Part shown: in pieces, positions 1-36,576 of the stretch
Layout: each line of letters opens with the position of its first letter
Numbering within the stretch: position 1 is the first letter of the stretch
NCBI GenBank assembly: GCA_002269645.1
Contig: NIVC01001364.1
Span: forward strand, 192,275-256,274
Length of the DNA stretch: 64,000 nucleotides
From: Macrostomum lignano
Lineage: Eukaryota
Reading direction: 5' to 3'
Notes under the pieces: model-generated
What the model was told of the DNA's origin: nothing
Databases searched by the model: none
What the model saw: only the letters and a program-made list of their open reading frames with translations
Position numbers and translations under genes: made by a program

Positions 1-75
1 GATCTCATGATCACGTCATCTGCTAACAAAATACAAGACCGGAAACCGTCACCACAGCGTCAGCATTTTGAATCG
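1..75 (+). CDS. Partial copy of the repeated 387-nt exon upstream of the YR gene
   Basis: Matches the 3' end of the other copies; ends at GAATCG|GTGAG. Confidence 0.55.
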
Positions 76-1005
76 GTGAGCATTGCTGAGTTGAGTTACA
101 CTAACGCTGGAAAAGTGCATTCGCTTTACTTAATGAATATCATTTTTATTGGGCCAAAAATATGCTGCAGCTTTCAATGTCTTAGTTTCGATTGTAAAAA
201 AGCAAACTTTATCATGACGTATGCCAAGTCAGCACAATCAATCAAATTTCAGCATATTTGTCGCGGGTCCAGCTAAACCCTCATTGAATGTTTCACATTG
301 ACTGTGGGTGCTTCAAGCATCGACTGCCAAACATACTTTCAGACATGGGGTCCAGCTAAACCCTCATTGAATGTTTCACATTGCCTGTGGGTGCTTCAAG
401 CATCGACTGCCAAACATACTTTCAGACATGGGGTCCAGCTAAACCCTCATTGATTGTCGTTCACATTGAGTGTGGATGCTTCAAGCATCGACTGCCAAAC
501 ATACTTTCAGACATGGGGTCCAGCTAAACCCTCATTGATTGTCGTTCACATTGAGTGTGGATGCTTCAAGCATCGACTGCCAAACATACTTTCAGACATG
601 GGGTCCAGCTAAACCCTCATTGAATGCTTCACATTGACTGTGGGTGCTTCAAGCATCGACTGCCAAACATACTTTCAGACATGGGGTCCAGCTAAACCCT
701 CATTGATTGTCGTTCACATTGAGTGTGGATGCTTCAAGCACCGACTGCCAAACATACTTTCAGACATGGGGTCCAGCTAAACCCTCATTGAATGTTTCAC
801 ATTGACTGTGGGTGCTTCAAGCACCGACTGCCAAACATACTTTCAGACATGGGGTCCAGCTAAACCCTCATTGATTGTCGTTCACATTGAGTGTGGATGC
901 TTCAAGCACTGACTGCCAAACAGACTTTCAGACATGGGATCCAGCTGAATCCTCATTGAGTCATAATATGTTTACATTAGTTCATCAAAATCAATCATTG
1001 TGCAG

Positions 1006-1392
1006 ATGGGCAGCGACGTGACCATCCCACAAGCAGAGGGATCTTCTGCTGATGCTGACGCTGGCGACAGCGAACCGTGTGCATCTCGCGATGAGTCGAG
1101 TGTAGAGAAGGCGGCTACGAAGAAGACGACTTCCGTTCATAAGTCGCGTGAACAGCTCTCAGCATCGGCCAGGGTGACGAGAGCTACTCAAGAGGCAGCG
1201 GCTGCTGGACAAACCCGGAAAAACCATCCTGGAGACAAGAAGAGCTCTCCTAGTACCTTGGCGCTCCAGTCATCGAAGGAGAATGCTATGGTTGAGGAAT
1301 CCGACTCAAGTGCTGCTGATCTCATGATCACGTCATCTGCTAACAAAATACAAGACCGGAAACCGTCACCACAGCGTCAGCATTTTGAATCG
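1006..1392 (+). CDS. Repeated phase-0 exon (129 aa, S/A/K/E-rich low complexity)
   Basis: TTGTGCAG|ATGGGC acceptor, GAATCG|GTGAGC donor, 387 nt open. Confidence 0.6.
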
Positions 1393-2482
1393 GTGAGCAT
1401 TGCTGAGTTGAGTTACACTAACGCTGGAAAAGTGCATTCGCTTTACTTAATGAATATCATTTTTATTGGGCCAAAAATATGCTGCAGCTTTCAATGTCTT
1501 AGTTTCGATTGTAAAAAAGCAAACTTTATCATGACGTATGCCAAGTCAGCACAATCAATCAAATTTCAGCATATTTGTCGCGGGTCCAGCTAAACCCTCA
1601 TTGAATGTTTCACATTGACTGTGGGTGCTTCAAGCATCGACTGCCAAACATACTTTCAGACATGGGGTCCAGCTAAACCCTAATTGAATGTTTCACATTG
1701 CCTGTGGGTGCTTCAAGCATCGACTGCCAAACATACTTTTAGACATGGGGTCCAGCTAAACCCTCATTGAATGCTTCACATTGACTGTGGGTGCTTCAAG
1801 CATCGACTGCCAAACATACTTTCAGACATGGGGTCCAGCTAAACCCTCATTGAATGTTTCACATTGACTGTGGGTGCTTCAAGCATCGACTGCCAAACAT
1901 ACTTTCAGACATGGGGTCCAGCTAAACCCTCATTGAATGTTTCACATTGCCTGTGGGTGCTTCAAGCATCGACTGCCAAACATACTTTTAGACATGGGGT
2001 CCAGCTAAACCCTCATTGAATGCTTCACATTGACTGTGGGTGCTTCAAGCATCGACTGCCAAACATACTTTCAGACATGGGGTCCAGCTAAACCCTCATT
2101 GAATGTTTCACATTGACTGTGGGTACTTTAAGCATCGACTGCCAAACATACTTTCAGACATGGGGTCCAGCTAAACCCTCATTGAATGTTTCACATTGCC
2201 TGTGGGTGCTTCAAGCATCGACTGCCAAACATACTTTCAGACATGGGGTCCAGCTAAACCCTCATTTATTGTTTCACATTGCCTGTGGGTGCTTCAAGCA
2301 TCGACTGCCAAACATACTTTCAGACATGGGGTCCAGCTAAACCCTCATTGATTGTCGTTCACATTGAGTGTGGATGCTTCAAGCACTGACTGCCAAACAG
2401 ACTTTCAGACATGGGATCCAGCTGAATCCTCATTGAGTCATAATATGTTTACATTAGTTCATCAAAATCAATCATTGTGCAG

Positions 2483-2869
2483 ATGGGCAGCGACGTGACC
2501 ATCCCACAAGCAGAGGGATCTTCTGCTGATGCTGACGCTGGCGACAGCGAACCGTGTGCATCTCGCGATGAGTCGAGTGTAGAGAAGGCGGCTACGAAGA
2601 AGACGACTTCCGTTCATAAGTCGCGTGAACAGCTCTCAGCATCGGCCAGGGTGACGAGAGCTACTCAAGAGGCAGCGGCTGCTGGACAAACCCGGAAAAA
2701 CCATCCTGGAGACAAGAAGAGCTCTCCTAGTACCTTGGCGCTCCAGTCATCGAAGGAGAATGCTATGGTTGAGGAATGCGACTCAAGTGCTGCTGATCTC
2801 ATGATCACGTCATCTGCTAACAAAATACAAGACCGGAAACCGTCACCACAGCGTCAGCATTTTGAATCG
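2483..2869 (+). CDS. Repeated phase-0 exon (129 aa)
   Basis: Same splice signals; EECDS variant. Confidence 0.6.
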
Positions 2870-3714
2870 GTGAGCATTGCTGAGTTGAGTTACACTAACG
2901 CTGGAAAAGTGCATTCGCTTTACTTAATGAATATCATTTTTATTGGGCCAAAAATATGCTGCAGCTTTCAATGTCTTAGTTTCGATTGTAAAAAAGCAAA
3001 CTTTATCATGACGTATGCCAAGTCAGCACAATCAATCAAATTTCAGCATATTTGTCGCGGGTCCAGCTAAACCCTCATTGAATGTTTCACATTGACTGTG
3101 GGTGCTTCAAGCATCGACTGCCAAACATACTTTCAGACATGGGGTCCAGCTAAACCCTCATTGAATGTTTCACATTGCCTGTGGGTGCTTCAAGCATCGA
3201 CTGCCAAACATACTTTCAGACATGGGGTCCAGCTAAACCCTCATTTATTGTTTCACATTGCCTGTGGGTGCTTCAAGCATCGACTGCCAAACATACTTTC
3301 AGACATGGGGTCCAGCTAAACCCTCATTGATTGTCGTTCACATTGACTGTGGGTGCTTCAAGCATCGACTGCCAAACATACTTTCAGACATGGGGTCCAG
3401 CTAAACCCTCATTGAATGTTTCACATTGACTGTGGGTGCTTCAAGCATCGACTGCCAAACATACTTTCAAACATGGGGTCCAGCTAAACCCTCATTGATT
3501 GTCGTTCACATTGAGTGTGGATGCTTCAAGCACCGACTGCCAAACATACTTTCAGACATGGGGTCCAGCTAAACCCTCATTGATTGTCGTTCACATTGAG
3601 TATAGATGCTTCAAGCACTGACTGCCAAACAGACTTTCAGACATGGGATCCAGCTGAATCCTCATTGAGTCATAATATGTTTACATTAGTTCATCAAAAT
3701 CAATCATTGTGCAG

Positions 3715-4101
3715 ATGGGCAGCGACGTGACCATCCCACAAGCAGAGGGATCTTCTGCTGATGCTGACGCTGGCGACAGCGAACCGTGTGCATCTCGCGA
3801 TGAGTCGAGTGTAGAGAAGGCGGCTACGAAGAAGACGACTTCCGTTCATAAGTCGCGTGAACAGCTCTCAGCATCGGCCAGGGTGTCGAGAGCTACTCAA
3901 GAGGCAGCGGCTGCTGGACAAACCCGGAAAAACCATCCTGGAGACAAGAAGAGCTCTCCTAGTACCTTGGCGCTCCAGTCATCGAAGGAGAATGCTATGG
4001 TTGAGGAATGCGACTCAAGTGCTGCTGATCTCATGATCACGTCATCTGCTAACAAAATACAAGACCGGAAACCGTCACCACAGCGTCAGCATTTTGAATC
4101 G
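3715..4101 (+). CDS. Repeated phase-0 exon (129 aa)
   Basis: Same splice signals; EECDS and RVSR variants. Confidence 0.6.
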
Positions 4102-5031
4102 GTGAGCATTGCTGAGTTGAGTTACACTAACGCTGGAAAAGTGCATTCGCTTTACTTAATGAATATCATTTTTATTGGGCCAAAAATATGCTGCAGCTTT
4201 CAATGTCTTAGTTTCGATTGTAAAAAAGCAAACTTTATCATGACGTATGCCAAGTCAGCACAATCAATCAAATTTCAGCATATTTGTCGCGGGTCCAGCT
4301 AAACCCTCATTGAATGTTTCACATTGACTGTGGGTGCTTCAAGCATCGACTGCCAAACATACTTTCAGACATGGGGTCCAGCTAAACCCTCATTGAATGT
4401 TTCACATTGCCTGTGGGTGCTTCAAGCATCGACTGCCAAACATACTTTCAGACATGGGGTCCAGCTAAACCCTCATTGATTGTCGTTCACATTGAGTGTG
4501 GATGCTTCAAGCATCGACTGCCAAACATACTTTCAGACATGGGGTCCAGCTAAACCCTCATTGATTGTCGTTCACATTGAGTGTGGATGCTTCAAGCATC
4601 GACTGCCAAACATACTTTCAGACATGGGGTCCAGCTAAACCCTCATTGAATGCTTCACATTGACTGTGGGTGCTTCAAGCATCGACTGCCAAACATACTT
4701 TCAGACATGGGGTCCAGCTAAACCCTCATTGATTGTCGTTCACATTGAGTGTGGATGCTTCAAGCACCGACTGCCAAACATACTTTCAGACATGGGGTCC
4801 AGCTAAACCCTCATTGAATGTTTCACATTGACTGTGGGTGCTTCAAGCACCGACTGCCAAACATACTTTCAGACATGGGGTCCAGCTAAACCCTCATTGA
4901 TTGTCGTTCACATTGAGTGTGGATGCTTCAAGCACTGACTGCCAAACAGACTTTCAGACATGGGATCCAGCTGAATCCTCATTGAGTCATAATATGTTTA
5001 CATTAGTTCATCAAAATCAATCATTGTGCAG

Positions 5032-5418
5032 ATGGGCAGCGACGTGACCATCCCACAAGCAGAGGGATCTTCTGCTGATGCTGACGCTGGCGACAGCGAA
5101 CCGTGTGCATCTCGCGATGAGTCGAGTGTAGAGAAGGCGGCTACGAAGAAGACGACTTCCGTTCATAAGTCGCGTGAACAGCTCTCAGCATCGGCCAGGG
5201 TGACGAGAGCTACTCAAGAGGCAGCGGCTGCTGGACAAACCCGGAAAAACCATCCTGGAGACAAGAAGAGCTCTCCTAGTACCTTGGCGCTCCAGTCATC
5301 GAAGGAGAATGCTATGGTTGAGGAATCCGACTCAAGTGCTGCTGATCTCATGATCACGTCATCTGCTAACAAAATACAAGACCGGAAACCGTCACCACAG
5401 CGTCAGCATTTTGAATCG
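5032..5418 (+). CDS. Repeated phase-0 exon (129 aa)
   Basis: Same splice signals; matches the 1006 copy (EESDS). Confidence 0.6.
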
Positions 5419-7012
5419 GTGAGCATTGCTGAGTTGAGTTACACTAACGCTGGAAAAGTGCATTCGCTTTACTTAATGAATATCATTTTTATTGGGCCAA
5501 AAATATGCTGCAGCTTTCAATGTCTTAGTTTCGATTGTAAAAAAGCAAACTTTATCATGACGTATGCCAAGTCAGCACAATCAATCAAATTTCAGCATAT
5601 TTGTCGCGGGTCCAGCTAAACCCTCATTGAATGTTTCACATTGACTGTGGGTGCTTCAAGCATCGACTGCCAAACATACTTTCAGACATGGGGTCCAGCT
5701 AAACCCTAATTGAATGTTTCACATTGCCTGTGGGTGCTTCAAGCATCGACTGCCAAACATACTTTTAGACATGGGGTCCAGCTAAACCCTCATTGAATGC
5801 TTCACATTGACTGTGGGTGCTTCAAGCATCGACTGCCAAACATACTTTCAGACATGGGGTCCAGCTAAACCCTCATTGAATGTTTCACATTGACTGTGGG
5901 TGCTTCAAGCATCGACTGCCAAACATACTTTCAGACATGGGGTCCAGCTAAACCCTCATTGAATGTTTCACATTGCCTGTGGGTGCTTCAAGCATCGACT
6001 GCCAAACATACTTTTAGACATGGGGTCCAGCTAAACCCTCATTGAATGCTTCACATTGACTGTGGGTGCTTCAAGCATCGACTGCCAAACATACTTTCAG
6101 ACATGGGGTCCAGCTAAACCCTCATTGAATGTTTCACATTGACTGTGGGTACTTTAAGCATCGACTGCCAAACATACTTTCAGACATGGGGTCCAGCTAA
6201 ACCCTCATTGAATGTTTCACATTGCCTGTGGGTGCTTCAAGCATCGACTGCCAAACATACTTTCAGACATGGGGTCCAGCTAAACCCTCATTTATTGTTT
6301 CACATTGCCTGTGGGTGCTTCAAGCATCGACTGCCAAACATACTTTCAGACATGGGGTCCAGCTAAACCCTCATTGATTGTCGTTCACATTGACTGTGGG
6401 TGCTTCAAGCATTGACTGCCAAACATACTTTCAGACATGGGGTCCAGCTAAACCCTCATTGAATGTTTCACATTGACTGTGGGTGCTTCAAGCATCGACT
6501 GCCAAACATACTTTCAGACATGGGGTCCAGCTAAACCCTCATTGAATGCTTCACATTGACTGTGGGTGCTTCAAGCACCGACTGCCAAACATACTTTCAG
6601 ACATGGGGTCCAGCTAAACCCTCATTGAATGTTTCACATTGACTGTGGGTGCTTCAAGCATCGACTGCCAAACATACATTCAGACATGGGGTCCAGCTAA
6701 ACCCTCATTGATTGTCGTTCACATTGAGTGTGGATGCTTCAAGCACCGACTGCCAAACATACTTTCAGACATGGGGTCCAGCTAAACCCTCATTGATTGT
6801 CGTTCACATTGACTGTGGGTGCTTCAAGCACCGACTGCCAAACAGACTTTCAGACATGGGGTCCAGCTAAACCCTCATTGATTGTCGTTCACATTGAGTA
6901 TAGATGCTTCAAGCACTTACTGCCAAACAGACTTTCTGACATGGGATCCAGCTGAATCCTCATTGAGTCATAATATGTTTACATTAGTTCATCAAAATCA
7001 ATCATTGTGCAG

Positions 7013-10000
7013 ATGGGCAGCGACGTGACCATCCCACAAGCAGAGGGATCTTCTGCTGATGCTGACGCTGGCGACAGCGAACCGTGTGCATCTCGCGATG
7101 AGTCGAGTGTAGAGAAGGCGGCTACGAAGAAGACGACTTCCGTTCATAAGTCGCGTGAACAGCTCTCAGCATCGGCCAGGGTGACGAGAGCTACTCAAGA
7201 GGCAGCGGCTGCTGGACAAACCCGGAAAAACCATCCTGGAGACAAGAAGAGCAGTCCTGGTGTCTTGGCGCTCCCGAATTCTTCATCCGGACGTTCTCCC
7301 TTAAAGCAGTCTACGACGACGAATGTTCCGTTGACGAATGAAGTTTCGAATTCAAGGCTGTCTGCTCTTAGAAGTCGTGTTATGAATAAGTTGCGATTTG
7401 GTGGTTCTCGATTAAAAAAATTAAAAGTTGACTTAGATGACAGCAACGAAAGCGAAGAGAGTGATTTCGATGAGGAAGTAGAGTTTGAGAAGGTGATGAA
7501 TTCCTGTGTGGAAGAAAGTGCTGCCTCTGGCAATGTAGATGATGTGCCTGAATTCGACTTTGGTGACGTCGAGCTCGAGGAGTTGTCGTCGGATCTACAT
7601 CCAGCTCTTCAAATGATTGCTGACGAAAATGAAAAATTGGAGTCGAATGCACAGAAGAAGATGAAGGGCCGATCATTTGAGAAGAAGCGTCATAATTGCG
7701 TTTTCTGTAATGAGCTGTTTTCTAAAATACGCCGGCATATTATTCGTTGTCATAGTGATCAAGTGGACGTGCAGCGCGCGCTATCTTATGGTTCTAATTC
7801 TAATGGTAAGCCTAAGTGAATATGCTTCTTACATCAAAACTGAATAAATAGTCCACTGGTTTTAATTTTTGAATATTTCTAGTTTGATCTAAATAGTTAA
7901 GTTTTAGTTTTTTAAAATGAAAACTAATTCTTTCAAATTTTGTCTGAAGCAAGTCAGAATTTACTCGTGCTTCAGTTTGGCACAACAGTTTTATTAGAAC
8001 GCCTCTATATGTATGATTTAAACTGTCAGATCGATTGATTCTTTTTGTTGTGATCGTAAAGATTTATATTTAATTGGCTGCCTTTTTTAATTTCTCTGTT
8101 AGGTTACAATCGGGAGATGGACAGACTGCGACTTCTAGGCGATTTTCATCACAATATTGCTGTACTGAAGGATGAAAAGGACGGTAAAATTATTGTCTGT
8201 CGGGAGAAAAGCGTGACCATGGAGTCTACGGAAGTACACACCTATCTTCCTTGTGTTCACTGCTTTGGATTTTTTTACGGACGTGAAATAAGTCGCCACT
8301 GGGACCGCTGCAAATTTAGATCTAACTCGAAATCTTCAAGTCGTTCGAATGCCGCTTCGCAAGGAAATTGTCTGCTGCTGTCATCGTGCCTCCCCTCGAC
8401 GTTTCCTGAAGAATATCAAGACCTGCTCAGCAGAATGAAAAAAGATCACCTTTCCATTGTCGTCCGCTCTGACAAATTAATTTTAAGTCTTGGGCACTTT
8501 TGGTTTGAAGGCTACACAGCTGGAAAGACAGGCCGACAGATTGTTTCCACTAAGATGAGGGAGCTTGCACGCTTGTTAGTAGCGTTTAGAGAACGTGTAG
8601 AGCAGCCGTCCATTGATTTGGAGAATGCACTAACCGCTCGTCATTTCGATGATCTTGTTGAGGCGACAAGAACAGTCGCAGGATTTATGAGCAAGAAAAG
8701 CGAAGCGACATCTGACAGCTTTGACATTCCTTTCATTGCGCTAAAAATCGGCTTTAGTCTCAAGACGGCTGCCGAAGTCTCCATGGTTTTCGCCTTAAAA
8801 AGTGATCTATTATCAAAGGTTGAGGAAAGACGAAATTTTATTTCTGTCTTTGAGAGTCTTTGGAAGCGAAAAGTTTCTACGATCGCACATCTGACTTTGA
8901 AGGAAAGAAAAGCCGACAAAGCCGAAACTCTGCCCTTGACGGAGGACATTACAACCATCACATGCTATTTAAAGCAGGCGCTGGCACAGGTTGTTGATGA
9001 TAATCTATCCGAACCTGCCTACTGGAAAAGCGTTGCTGAGCTAGTTGCAATCCGCCTCATGATTTTGAACAGAAGGCGAGCGTCGGAAACCTTCAAACTG
9101 ACGCTTAAAGACTGGGAAGCAGCAAAAAAGCTCGATCAAGAATATGACGACACTACTGACTCTCTACTGAGTGAGCTTGAGTTAAAGATTAAAGGGCGCA
9201 TGTTTCTTCCGTATGTCCGCGGCAAACGAGCAGGAAAAAAGGTACCTCTGCTCGTGCCACTAGAGGTGGCCACTCTCATCGATAAGCTCATAAGCACACG
9301 TCATTCACCAACTGGCAACGAGTACGTTTTTGGCATGCTCAATGGAATGCGTTATTTATCACCGTTTGAATCCATTCAAAACGTCACTTCAAAGTGTGCA
9401 GATCTCAAACATCCTGAACGCTTGACGTCAACAAAACTGAGGAAATATGTGGCAACAGTATCACAAATCCTCGAGTTGAATGAAAACGAATTGGGCTGGC
9501 TGTCCAGACATCTAGGCCACAGCCTACAAGTGCATCATACGTTCTATCGAATTCACGAGCGAACAATCGAGCTAGCAAAAGTCGGTAAGCTGATGCTTGC
9601 GATTGAATCTGGGAAGCTAGATCAGCTGAAAGGAAAGAAACTGGAGGAAATCGAAGTTGATGACATTGATGTCGATTTGGATGACTCGAATGAGGCCGAA
9701 GTTGCTTCCAAGACAAAGAAGTCAGCAAAGTTTTCAAACGAGAATGAACAAAGCAGCAGCAAAACTTTGAGTAGCAAGTCTGGTTTGATTAGAAAGCGAC
9801 CACAACCAGCTAATTCCACCGAAAGCAAATCAAAGCGTCCATGTCGCATATCCTCCGGAGAAGCATCAGAAAATCATGACGAAGAGCAGACACAGCTGGA
9901 TTTTCGTGGTGCGCCTCTCTCTTTGAAGGAATTAAAAGAATCTAAGAAAAAGAGAAAGCCGGAGACAAAGTCGCATCTGCATTCTCCGCCTGATTCCGCC

Positions 10001-10264
10001 GAAGATGATCCTTCCTACGAACCTCCATCTAAAGTCAGCAGAAAGAAAGACCGAAAACTGAAGCAGGTGCATGTCAAGTGGTCAGAAGAGGAAGACGCAG
10101 CGTTCAAACGTGTTTTCGACAGAATGCTTGAAGAATCAGGTGGAAAAGTTCCTGGGTTAAATGCGCTGCTTAGGCTGAAGCAAGATGAGCCAGCCCTGAA
10201 AGATCGATCTGTTCTGAAGCTTAAAAGCAAGTTTTTTAACGAAATGCAGAAACTTAAGAAATAG
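7013..10264 (+). CDS. Spliced tyrosine recombinase (Crypton-like YR) with Zn-finger motifs and C-terminal Myb/SANT-like domain; exons 7013-7805 and 8103-10264
   Basis: Donor AATG|GTAAG (7806) and acceptor TTAG|GTTAC (8102) join ORF 7007 to ORF 8117 in frame (SNSNG-YNREMDRLRLLGDFHHN). Motifs: CVFC..RHIIRCH; CVHC..RHWDRC; YR-type NRRRASE (R), RGKR (K), TKLRKY (x-x-R), RHLGH..HHTFY (H, Y); C-terminal WSEEEDAAF...RSVLKLKSKF. No stops or frameshifts. Confidence 0.85.
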
Positions 10265-11328
10265 CTGGTTACGAGTATGCTTAAGTCTCCAACCTATAAT
10301 GGTGCTCTTTCCTTGCTGCACTGAACTCACGTTTTGTTCAATGATACATGTATTTTCTCTAACCTTATAATTAGTGGCTGAGATTGATTAAATATTATGT
10401 CACTTCGATAGCGAAAGCAACTTTAGATTTGCAAGACACAAAGTAGCTTGCCATAAAAATTTCTGTGCCAAAATATCCGAATTTTTTTTAATCTCTCTCC
10501 AAAATTTGATGAATACATTCATTCATCATTATAAATTCATTCAAATTTTAGCCTACCGAAGTGACATGGAGGCAGTTAGCCCCGAAAATTTTCCTATTAT
10601 TCAGTTGTCGCGGTATACCGCACTATTTTCACAATTGATTTGTAACGCTTCTCCCACGTTTCTATAAACTGTGAATTTAAACTATAAATGCATCTAAAAA
10701 CTTTGGCTTGGGCTGGCTTGTTGAATGTCAAAACTGCAGTATTTTTTGCACTGCACGTCTAAAAAATCGAAAAACTTCCAATTATTCTCTCTTGTTTAAG
10801 TTTTGCTTTGCAGTTTAGTAATTTTTGTCAAATTTAGCATTTTACCACCTTTATGTCATCATATTTGATGAGTGTTAATCATTTATAGTTATAGCTCGTA
10901 GCTCGTATGATCCAAATGTATTTGCGGTACCTTTACAATAATTACTCACTCAGTCCTACATCGCTAAATTTTTTAAACAAATAATACAAATAAAAATTTT
11001 AACATCGCTTTCATGCTTTACAGGAAAACTTGAACAGCAGTTCAGAACAATAACTATCGACTGTTAAAAATCTTTGTTGCTCTAGATTTTTATATTGGTC
11101 CACGTACACCATCATGTTCTTAAAGGTCCGTTTAAACCTGGTCTACCTAACAACATAGTTCGAATAGTTTAATTTACTCGAATTGAAGACCTTTTGAAAT
11201 TAAAAAGGCAACAGTATTTTCCAAGCGTCTCAAATTAAGCTGGTTCCCCGATTTTCTAACCATAACTAATTGGTCCACCTAACGCATTGTCAGAACAACG
11301 GTCTATGTAACCACACATACACTAGTAT

Positions 11329-11507
<179 letters not shown>

Positions 11508-11725
11508 ACTTATTTCCTGTTTCTCTAAGATGTCTTCCCATTAGCATAAAGCATACTACTATGAAGTAGCACAGAGCATGCTCCCCTAACTTGTTACAGA
11601 GCCAGTTTTAACCACCCAATGGAATCAAGAAACCGCCTACTCTATTGCTAGCAGCTATAAGACCCCAATCAACTCAAACCCAGGCACTCCAGCTTCCCGA
11701 AGCCCAGCTCACTCCCATCCCCAAG

Positions 11726-35443
<23,718 letters not shown>

Positions 35444-35899
35444 ACTGGACTGGTCACGCCCTGTCCAGACACTCGGCTCCACGAAAGTTTAAATTTGCAC
35501 TTACCAGAACTTAATAATAACGTCTTTGTAGATTGTATCCTTTGTAATAGAAGTGACACCTGAATAGCAGTAAATATTTTTACATTCAATGCTTTATTAC
35601 CGTAGTCTATTACATGTCTATTACAAGCATATACACGGCGTTACTACAGAGTATGAAAGTATCAGCATAAAACTTAATTCCCAGCTTTTCCATCCGAACC
35701 TGTAGCCCAACCCCAATCCCAGCTGACTGACACCAATAAAATACCTTAGACTTGCATCCTGCGCTTATTCCGTTCTCACAGCATGCAGAACTTTTTATTA
35801 TTGTTATTTATAAGCGTCAAATATATTTTGATAACTCCGAATGCTGCAGAACGGTTTTAGCTCCCACTTATTCTCACCTCTCTGACTCTACCCCTTATT

Positions 35900-36043
35900 T
35901 TCTCCTCTCCTCTCCTCTCCTCTCCTCTCCTCTCCTCTCCTCTCCTCTCCTCTCCTCTCCTCTCCTCTCCTCTCCTTTCCTCTTCTCTCCTCTCCTCTCC
36001 TCTCCTCTCCTCTCCTCTCCTCTCCTCTCCTCTCCTCTCCTCC
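35900..36043 (+). repeat. (CTCCT)n pentanucleotide microsatellite
   Basis: Direct reading. Confidence 0.95.
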
Positions 36044-36576
36044 CCAGTCAGTACTCGGCAGGCTGAGCACGAAAAGATACGAAGTCAAAGTGGCCAATTC
36101 CGTTAATAGCTCGTAAAAAATCAGGATTCAGCAGCTGTTGTTTATTGTACACTCAGCAATCACGTGACTTCATTCTCCAGCCCAAACCCTAATCGTCATG
36201 AATAAATTCGAAGAAAGTTGGGGAGACAGATAGGCAAATACATGTATATTTCCATAGGGAGGCTAATAGATACATAAATATTCGGAAGCTCATTAAAAAC
36301 ATTCAGTACATGTATTGTAGTCGAATTGTGTCATTGATTTTATATACTTCTTGAAATGTCAATTCAAAATAAATTGAAGAAGCTACACTTACTAAATACG
36401 CAAAAAAGCTTTTAGAAATACAAGGTGTATTACTAATTCGAGAATTATGTTTGCAAGTTGCGTTATAAGTACTTGAAAATCAGGATACTTGTAGTCAAAA
36501 GTTCAGATTTCAGATTTTAGTTCGCTGCTTAAAATTCGAGTCCTTCTCAAAATCAAAATTGCCTTTTGTCCGACTT

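Larger units (their letters stand above)
264..6970 (+). repeat. Five intronic arrays of an 83/85-bp repeat (about 264-960, 1581-2435, 3058-3667, 4290-4985, 5607-6965), inside a 1.2-2.0 kb macro-repeat
   Basis: Unit GGGGTCCAGCTAAACCCTCATTGAATGTTTCACATTGACTGTGGGTGCTTCAAGCATCGACTGCCAAACATACTTTCAGACAT; about 8, 10, 7, 8 and 16 units. Macro-unit lengths 1477, 1232, 1317, 1981. Confidence 0.95.
1..10264 (+). mobile_element. Candidate Crypton-like tyrosine-recombinase DNA element; ends not identified and 5' end lies outside the window
   Basis: Intron-containing YR gene with no RT or RNase H nearby, which fits a Crypton-type rather than a DIRS-type element. Domestication cannot be excluded. Confidence 0.55.

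Noticed and set aside
1393-1593. ORF extension VSIAELSYT...CRGSS in the 197-aa ORFs and the 75-aa MTVG ORFs
   Set aside because: Read-through past a strong GTGAG donor into intron or repeat sequence.
264-6970. CRISPR-like appearance of the 83/85-bp arrays; possible hammerhead ribozyme
   Set aside because: No unique spacers and no cas genes in a eukaryotic context; no CUGANGA/GAAA core on either strand.
10265-11320. Search for the 3' terminus of the YR element
   Set aside because: AT-rich sequence with no recognisable terminal repeat; the 5' end is outside the window, so direct repeats cannot be tested.
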